Shown here: in pieces, positions 6,888 to 12,735 of the stretch
Layout of the letters: each line of letters starts with the position of its first letter
Position numbering within the stretch: the first letter of the stretch is position 1
DNA from: Oligoflexales bacterium
GTDB lineage: Bacteria > Bdellovibrionota_B > Oligoflexia > Oligoflexales > Bog-1112
NCBI GenBank assembly: GCA_045106415.1
Contig: JBGCEP010000053.1
Span: 1 to 12,735, forward strand
DNA: 12,735 nucleotides
Reading direction: 5' to 3'
Position numbers and translations under genes: made by a program
The notes under the pieces: model-generated
Told to the model about the DNA's origin: nothing
Seen by the model: only the letters and a program-made list of their open reading frames with translations
The model's database searches: none

Positions 6888-7636
6888 TACGGCGCCCTTT
6901 TTTCAAGAGCTCGGATCACGATGATAGAAATTTCATACATAAGATAAAGAGGGATTGCCATCCCAATCTGCGACATCGGATCAGGAGGGGTTAAGATAGC
7001 TCCGACAACCAATACAATCACCGCCACTAAACTTCTATGTTTCGACAACATTTCTGCATCAAGCAAATCTAGAAGAGAGAGTAAAATAAGAATAAGAGGA
7101 GTTTCAAAAACAAGGCCAAAGCCAAAAATTAAAACCATCAGCATTGAAATGTAATCTGTAACCGTAATAATGGGCGTCCCTACTTCCATCCCAAGTGTCA
7201 ATAAAAACTCAAGAGCAAGAGGTAAGATAAGGAAAAAACAAAAAGAAATACCACTTAAAAAAAGAAGTATAGAAGCCACTCCAAACGGAACAACATAACG
7301 ACGCTCATGTTCATAAAGAGCTGGCTCTAGAAAACGCCAAAACTGCATAATCCAATACGGAGCCGCAATAATAATAGAGGTAAAAAAAGAAACCTTAATA
7401 CCCACAAGAAAAACATCTAATGGGTTGGTAAAGTGCAAAGCATTTGCACCTGCGGGAAGAGCTGCGACTAAAGGAGCTTTTAGAAAATCTAAAATCTGGT
7501 TACTGAAAACTAAAGCCCCAAAAAAAGCAACCATCACAAGAAGAAGAGAACGCACAAGCCGTTGTCGAAGTTCTCCTAGATGTTCCCATAAGGACATCAC
7601 TTTTCCACCGTGAGGGAGTTCTTCTTCAGTTTCCAT
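6887..7636 (-). CDS. tatC: Twin-arginine translocase subunit TatC
   Basis: MSLWEHLGELRQRL, QFWRFLEPALYEHE, FGLVFETP, GAILTPPD and PLYLMYE motifs, with about six hydrophobic segments. RBS AGGAG upstream. Confidence 0.97.
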   Translation of the reverse strand: METEEELPHGGKVMSLWEHLGELRQRLVRSLLLVMVAFFGALVFSNQILDFLKAPLVAALPAGANALHFTNPLDVFLVGIKVSFFTSIIIAAPYWIMQFWRFLEPALYEHERRYVVPFGVASILLFLSGISFCFFLILPLALEFLLTLGMEVGTPIITVTDYISMLMVLIFGFGLVFETPLILILLSLLDLLDAEMLSKHRSLVAVIVLVVGAILTPPDPMSQIGMAIPLYLMYEISIIVIRALEKRAP

Positions 7637-7645
7637 ATCTTTCTC

Positions 7646-10381
7646 CTAATGCGCTTCTAACCAATTTTTCCCAACCCCAACTTGAACCGATAGTGGGACG
7701 GAAAGGCTCACAGCACCTTCCATAGCTTTTTTAACAAGCTCGCACACTAGCGGAACCTCCTGGTCTGGACACTCAAAGACCAACTCATCATGAACCTGTA
7801 TAAGCATCTTAGCTTGGAGACCTTGGTCAGCCAATAGGTTCTGAATATCAATCATAGCTTTCTTTATGGTATCAGCAACACTTCCTTGCACAGGAGTATT
7901 GATCGCCATATTTTTAAGGTGGGACAACTCAAGCCCAGAGGCATCTTTAAAAGGTAGTGGACGTCGCCGTCCCCACAAAGTTCGACTGCATTCATGTTCT
8001 TGGGCCTGGGCCACCGCACCGTCAATCCAATTTTTGACATTTGGAAAAGACTCAAAATACTTCTCAATAAACACCTTAGCATCCGCAACACTTAACCCTG
8101 TTTCTCTTGCAAGCTTGCGAGCACCCATTCCATATAACAATCCGTAGTTTACAACTTTTGCTTTTTGTCGTTCTTCATCCGTCACTTCCTCAAAAGCTTT
8201 CCCTGCCACTCGAGCAGCACTCATTCTATGAGGATCTAAACCTTTTTGAAAAGCTTCTTTCAAGGCTTGATCATCAGCAAGATGCGCCATAAACCTCAAC
8301 TCAACCTGGTCGTAGTCGGCAGAAATAATACTCCAACCTTCTTGCTGTGGAGTAAAAGCTGCTCGAATTTTTCTCCCTTCCAAACTTCTCATAGGAATAT
8401 TCTGAAGATTTGGAGCGATTGAACTCAAGCGACCAGTCGCTGCGCCGAGTTGTTGAAATTTTGAGTGCACACGGCTTGTATCCGCATGAATCAATGTTGG
8501 CAAAGAATCCAACCATCCACTCACAAGCTTTTTAAGACCTCTATACTCGAGAACTTTAGCAACAAGAGGCTCCTGGGACATTTGCTCTAGAACTTGACTA
8601 TCTGTCGAACGGCCATGAGTTGTTTTTCGAGGTTTCACTCCATAGCGAGTATGCAGCTCTAACTTGTCGTATAACAAGTCTTGGAGTTGTTTTGGAGAGT
8701 TGATATTAAAAATCTCACCGGCCGCTTCATGAATATCACTCTCAAGGGTCACAAGCCTTGCGTGTAGTGCTGGCCCCTGCTTCTCAAGAGCTGAGGTATC
8801 CACAAAGATTCCTCTTTTTTCAATAACAGCAAGAATAGGAATAAGAGGCATTTCAACATCACGAAACACTTTCATCATGCCGAACTCTTCTAATTTTCCC
8901 AGCATGACATTCATAAGACGCAAAGTACAATCAGCGTCTTCTCCTGCATACTTGGAAAGAAGAGGCAAAGGAACCTCGCTCATCAATCGATCTTGTTTTT
9001 CACCAATCAAACGAGCAATTGAAATTTTTTGCAATTTAAAATGCTCTAAGACGAGAGCATCTAGGGAATGCCCTCTATGGCTAGGGTCACACAATTGGGA
9101 TGCTAACATTGAGTCTTCAAAGGGGCCACACACCTTAATACCTAAGGACATAAGCATCTGAAGGTCATACTTCAGATTATGCCCAATTTTCACACGTTTT
9201 GGATCTTCAAAAACTTTTTTCAGCTGCTCGATAACCCAGTCAGGCTCACAGTCGTCTAAGTAATCGGCTTGAAAAGGAACATACCAAGCCTCGCCCTCAT
9301 TCGAGGAAAAACTTGCTCCGATAGGACGATCAGCCACTAAATCGAGACCTGTCGTCTCAGTGTCAAAAGCAAAACGGTCACCCAGTGCCTCGATACATGT
9401 ATGAAGAGCCTCACGCGACGTAACTCTATGACGGGTTCCACTGACAGGCTTATAGACAATTTCTTCCACTGCCGAGTCTTCTTCCGCAGCTACAGCGACT
9501 TGCTGTGTCTTATAGGGCACTTTACTCTCTTTAGGAAGCAAGGCGTGAAAGTCCATATCTCGAAAAAATGACAGAACTCTCTCACTTGTTGCAAGGCCTT
9601 CTTCTACTCTTGGTACACTTTCAGGGACAAGGAGGTCTGTTCGGATTGTCACAAGCTGTTGTGAGAGTAGAGCCGCATCTTCACCCTCAATCAACTTCTT
9701 TTTCATACCAGCCGGAGTGATTTTATCAATATTGTCATAAATTTCCTGGAGTCCCCCCCATTGCGCAATGAGTTTTGCAGCCCCTTTTTCTCCAATACCC
9801 TTTACACCCGGAACGTTATCACTGGAGTCCCCCATGAGGGCTAAAACATCAATCACCTGATGTGGAGTACATTGAAATTTTTTGTGAACACCTTCGATAT
9901 CAACAATATCAATTTGTCCTTGCCTACCAGGACGATACAACTTGACGTTTTCAGTAATCAGTTGCATGAAATCTTTATCCCCAGAGACAATGTAACAGTC
10001 CAGCTCTTTCCGCCCCCATTGCGTCACCAAGGAGCCAATCCAGTCATCAGCTTCATAACCTGGTTCCTTTAGAACATGAAGACCAAAAGCTTCAAACATT
10101 TTCATAACATAAGGGATTTGAGGGATAAGGTCTTCAGGCATTTCGCTTCTATTCGCCTTATACTCTGGGTACATCTCATGGCGGAAAGTTGGCTCTTTAC
10201 AGTCTGAAGCCACCACAATATAGTCTGGTTTTTCTTCAAGGATTTTCAGCACCTGCCGTGCACACCCATAAATAGCAGATGTTGGCAGGCCATCACGCCG
10301 TGTTAAACCCGCTCGAATAGCATAATAAGAACGATAAATCATAGCCATTGCATCGATCACATAAAGCTTCGGTTGTCCCAT
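7646..10381 (-). CDS. polA: DNA polymerase I (5' nuclease, 3'-5' exonuclease and family A polymerase domains)
   Basis: 5' nuclease: YPEYKANR, GYEADD, SGDKD, LMGDSSDNVPGVKGIG. Exo I/II/III: FDTETTG, GHNLKYD, YAGEDAD. Polymerase: TGRLSS...PNLQNIP, motif A SADYDQVELR, motif B KVVNYGLLYG, motif C QVHDELVFE. Start set to ATG 10381 (AAGGAG-ACAACG-ATG). Confidence 0.97.
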   Translation of the reverse strand: MGQPKLYVIDAMAMIYRSYYAIRAGLTRRDGLPTSAIYGCARQVLKILEEKPDYIVVASDCKEPTFRHEMYPEYKANRSEMPEDLIPQIPYVMKMFEAFGLHVLKEPGYEADDWIGSLVTQWGRKELDCYIVSGDKDFMQLITENVKLYRPGRQGQIDIVDIEGVHKKFQCTPHQVIDVLALMGDSSDNVPGVKGIGEKGAAKLIAQWGGLQEIYDNIDKITPAGMKKKLIEGEDAALLSQQLVTIRTDLLVPESVPRVEEGLATSERVLSFFRDMDFHALLPKESKVPYKTQQVAVAAEEDSAVEEIVYKPVSGTRHRVTSREALHTCIEALGDRFAFDTETTGLDLVADRPIGASFSSNEGEAWYVPFQADYLDDCEPDWVIEQLKKVFEDPKRVKIGHNLKYDLQMLMSLGIKVCGPFEDSMLASQLCDPSHRGHSLDALVLEHFKLQKISIARLIGEKQDRLMSEVPLPLLSKYAGEDADCTLRLMNVMLGKLEEFGMMKVFRDVEMPLIPILAVIEKRGIFVDTSALEKQGPALHARLVTLESDIHEAAGEIFNINSPKQLQDLLYDKLELHTRYGVKPRKTTHGRSTDSQVLEQMSQEPLVAKVLEYRGLKKLVSGWLDSLPTLIHADTSRVHSKFQQLGAATGRLSSIAPNLQNIPMRSLEGRKIRAAFTPQQEGWSIISADYDQVELRFMAHLADDQALKEAFQKGLDPHRMSAARVAGKAFEEVTDEERQKAKVVNYGLLYGMGARKLARETGLSVADAKVFIEKYFESFPNVKNWIDGAVAQAQEHECSRTLWGRRRPLPFKDASGLELSHLKNMAINTPVQGSVADTIKKAMIDIQNLLADQGLQAKMLIQVHDELVFECPDQEVPLVCELVKKAMEGAVSLSVPLSVQVGVGKNWLEAH

Positions 10382-10528
10382 CGTTGTCTCCTTGCAGGTC
10401 AAAGTAGCCATCATGTATACATCACTTCCCACAATCCACAAAGAATCAAACCATCCTTTCTCTCTTTTTTAGCTTCAGAGTTTGCTCCAACATGCTATAG
10501 ATAGAGGGTTGCGAAGACGGAGAAGATA
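10382..10528. promoter_or_regulatory. Divergent intergenic region between polA and aspS
   Basis: 147-nt spacer between head-to-head genes. TGCTATAGA at 10493-10501 resembles an extended -10 for aspS, and GGAG precedes ATG 10529. The promoter elements are weakly supported. Confidence 0.4.
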
Positions 10529-12325
10529 ATGACGATAGAAAATTCAAGCCGCTCTCATAGTTGTGGCGAACTCAATATTGAAAACAAAGGCGAAAAAGTC
10601 ACTCTTGCTGGCTGGGTCCGACACAAGAGGGATCATGGTCCTTTCGTATTTATCAACTTAAGCGACCGCTATGGAATGACGCAGGTTGTTGTCGACCAAG
10701 AAAAAAGTCCTATAGCGTATGAGATCGCAAGCTCTTTAAAGCAAGAAACGGTTATTCAGGTTCAAGGTTCTGTCGTACCTCGCCCTGACGGCATGATCAA
10801 TCAGAGTATGGCCACAGGGACTATTGATGTCTTTGCTGATGACCTTGAAATATTAAACTCGTGCGCTACTCTGCCTTTTCAGATTCATGATACAAAAGTC
10901 GAAACGTCAGAGACTCTAAAATTGCAGTATCGCTACCTTGATTTAAGAAGCGATGAATTAAGAAAACGCATCATGGACCGCGCTAAAATCACAGCTCTTG
11001 TTCGCCAAGAACTTGAGTCTATTGACTTTTTAGACATTGAAACTCCGTATCTCTATAAATCAACACCCGAAGGAGCTCGTGAATTCCTTGTTCCTTCACG
11101 TGTGAATACACATGAGTTTTATGCTCTGGCTCAGAGCCCTCAGCTTTTCAAGCAAATTCTCATGGTCGCAGGTATGGACCGTTACTATCAAATCGTCAAA
11201 TGTTTCCGTGATGAAGATATGCGCGCTGATAGACAACCTGAATTCACTCAAATTGACTGTGAAATGTCTTTTGTAAATCGAGAGCAAGTCCTCAGAACAT
11301 TTGAATCCATGATTTCCAATGTTGTTTCTAGGTTTTTCAGCCTCGACAGTATAGATGCCTTCCAACGTATGTCATGGAAAGATGCTATGGAGCGCTTTGG
11401 TTGTGACAAACCCGACCTCCGGTTTGATATGGAGCTGCAAAATGTCTCACAACAAGCTCAAGACTCAGGATTTGCTGTTTTCACCGATGCTCTCAATGGC
11501 GATTCAGGTATTGTCAACGCTCTTGTTATTTCAAACGGAGCTTCTTTTTCTCGCAAACATATTGATGAATTTACAAAAATAGCAAAAAATCACGGAGCAG
11601 GTGGGTTAGGTTGGGCCAAACTTAAAGAAGACGGCTCATGGCAATCTCCTATGGCAAAAAATCTACAAGAAAACTGGATGAAAGATCTGGCGTCATCTAT
11701 AAACGCAAACCCAGGGGATCTTATTCTCTTTGGGGCGGGGCCATGGATGCAAACCAAGACCGCTCTTGGCGCGTTACGAAATCATATTGCTTCCGAACAA
11801 AAACTCACAAACCCGAAAGACTTAAAGTTCTTATGGGTTACAGATTTTCCTCTTTTCGAAAGAGATGAAGAAGCTGGTCGTTGGGTCGCTTGCCACCACC
11901 CATTTACAAGCCCGCACCCAGACGATATGGACATCCTTGCTTCAAATCCAGCTGCTGTTCGCGCTGAAGCTTATGACCTTGTCTGCAATGGTTTTGAAGT
12001 TGGGGGTGGTTCCATTCGAATCCACCAAAGCGAAATTCAGAAAAAAGTCTTTTCCGCTTTGGGTCTTTCTGATGAAGACGCTCAAGAAAAATTCGGATTC
12101 CTTCTTGACGCTCTCCAATACGGCGCTCCTCCACACGGTGGAATTGCTTTTGGTCTTGACCGCCTCGTCATGCTTATGAGCGGATGCGATGCTATTCGCG
12201 ATGTCATTGCATTTCCTAAGACACTCAAAGCAACGTGCCTTTTAACGGGAGCACCCAGCCGAGTTGTCCCAGCAAAACTTGAAGAACTTCGATTGGAGAT
12301 CAAAAATGAGCAACCTTTGGACTGA
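10529..12325 (+). CDS. aspS: Aspartate--tRNA ligase, probably non-discriminating Asp/Asn type
   Basis: RSHSCGEL, LAGWV...RDHG, LQYRYLDLR, STPEGAREFLVPSR, LAQSPQLFKQ, CFRDEDMRADRQPEFTQID, HHPFT, GGGSIRIH and GAPPHGGIAFGLDRL, with the GAD insertion present. Confidence 0.98.
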   Translation: MTIENSSRSHSCGELNIENKGEKVTLAGWVRHKRDHGPFVFINLSDRYGMTQVVVDQEKSPIAYEIASSLKQETVIQVQGSVVPRPDGMINQSMATGTIDVFADDLEILNSCATLPFQIHDTKVETSETLKLQYRYLDLRSDELRKRIMDRAKITALVRQELESIDFLDIETPYLYKSTPEGAREFLVPSRVNTHEFYALAQSPQLFKQILMVAGMDRYYQIVKCFRDEDMRADRQPEFTQIDCEMSFVNREQVLRTFESMISNVVSRFFSLDSIDAFQRMSWKDAMERFGCDKPDLRFDMELQNVSQQAQDSGFAVFTDALNGDSGIVNALVISNGASFSRKHIDEFTKIAKNHGAGGLGWAKLKEDGSWQSPMAKNLQENWMKDLASSINANPGDLILFGAGPWMQTKTALGALRNHIASEQKLTNPKDLKFLWVTDFPLFERDEEAGRWVACHHPFTSPHPDDMDILASNPAAVRAEAYDLVCNGFEVGGGSIRIHQSEIQKKVFSALGLSDEDAQEKFGFLLDALQYGAPPHGGIAFGLDRLVMLMSGCDAIRDVIAFPKTLKATCLLTGAPSRVVPAKLEELRLEIKNEQPLD

Positions 12326-12735
12326 TATCCCTATGGGAGCAGCTTTACAGACCTACCTCAAAATATTTAAAGATTCTGAGAGTCAGCTTCCTTTACCTCC
12401 AGTAAGCCGGCGACAAGAGTTTGCGAATGCTCTTTTCCACAAGCTATCCGAAGAATCTGTCGAAAGCCAAGACCTTTTAACAGGTCTCGTTGACGAGCTG
12501 ATCACTTTAGATCTTGCGACAGTTGCTTTGCACGCTCTTCAGGAAAACTCTTCCTTATGGGACCGAGACTCGTTTCAGCGGTGTTTTCTTGAGGGCTTAG
12601 CCTTGATGACAACTGGTGACCTTGACCAGGCTTCTCAGTGTTTTCATCTCGCCCACAAGCAAGAACCTTCTGAACCGGCACCCATTTGCAACCTTTCTAT
12701 GATCCTTGCGGAACAAGGCCATTTAGATGAAGCTA
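12306..12735 (+). CDS. Tetratricopeptide-repeat protein, 3'-truncated by the window edge
   Basis: Not in the ORF track. ATG 12306 follows GGAG (12295-12298), overlaps the aspS end by 20 nt, and the frame is open to the window end: MSNLWTDIPMGAALQ...EGLALMTTGDLDQASQCFHLAHKQEPSEPAPICNLSMILAEQGHLDEA, which fits the TPR pattern. Confidence 0.8.
   Translation, partial: MSNLWTDIPMGAALQTYLKIFKDSESQLPLPPVSRRQEFANALFHKLSEESVESQDLLTGLVDELITLDLATVALHALQENSSLWDRDSFQRCFLEGLALMTTGDLDQASQCFHLAHKQEPSEPAPICNLSMILAEQGHLDEA

Noticed and set aside
7646..10381. Prophage origin for polA because of Tyr762
   Set aside because: It has a fused 5' nuclease domain, sits between tatC and aspS, and no phage genes are nearby.
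4233..10441. Longer ORF-track starts at 4289, 5198, 6114 and 10441
   Set aside because: ATGs at 4232, 5165 and 10381 have clear SD sequences, and 6081 avoids overlap with the upstream gene and matches the paralogue boundary.
7425..12303. Small ORFs overlapping tatC, polA and aspS
   Set aside because: Shadows of conserved housekeeping genes.

Overview
Bacterial chromosomal window with no rRNA, tRNA, CRISPR array, integrase or transposase that I can see. The right half is housekeeping: aspS (non-discriminating signature) and a partial TPR gene on +, diverging from a tightly packed minus-strand run of polA, tatC, a putative outer-membrane beta-barrel, two tandem uridine-phosphorylase-like paralogues and a 593-aa unknown protein. 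The left part is more AT-rich by eye and holds a 5'-truncated unknown ORF, a perfect 17-bp inverted repeat and a cysteine-rich GH19 chitinase-like lipoprotein whose motifs I recall from the diatom-type subfamily. The best leads are: (1) a uridine phosphorylase duplication in which one copy carries a predicted signal peptide, with its Shine-Dalgarno sequence buried in a 10-bp stem and a barrel gene upstream, a possible extracytoplasmic nucleoside-salvage module; (2) the GH19 lipoprotein; (3) a PolA with Tyr at the E. coli Phe762 position and several other non-consensus polymerase residues. All family calls come from motif recognition by eye; no database search was run.
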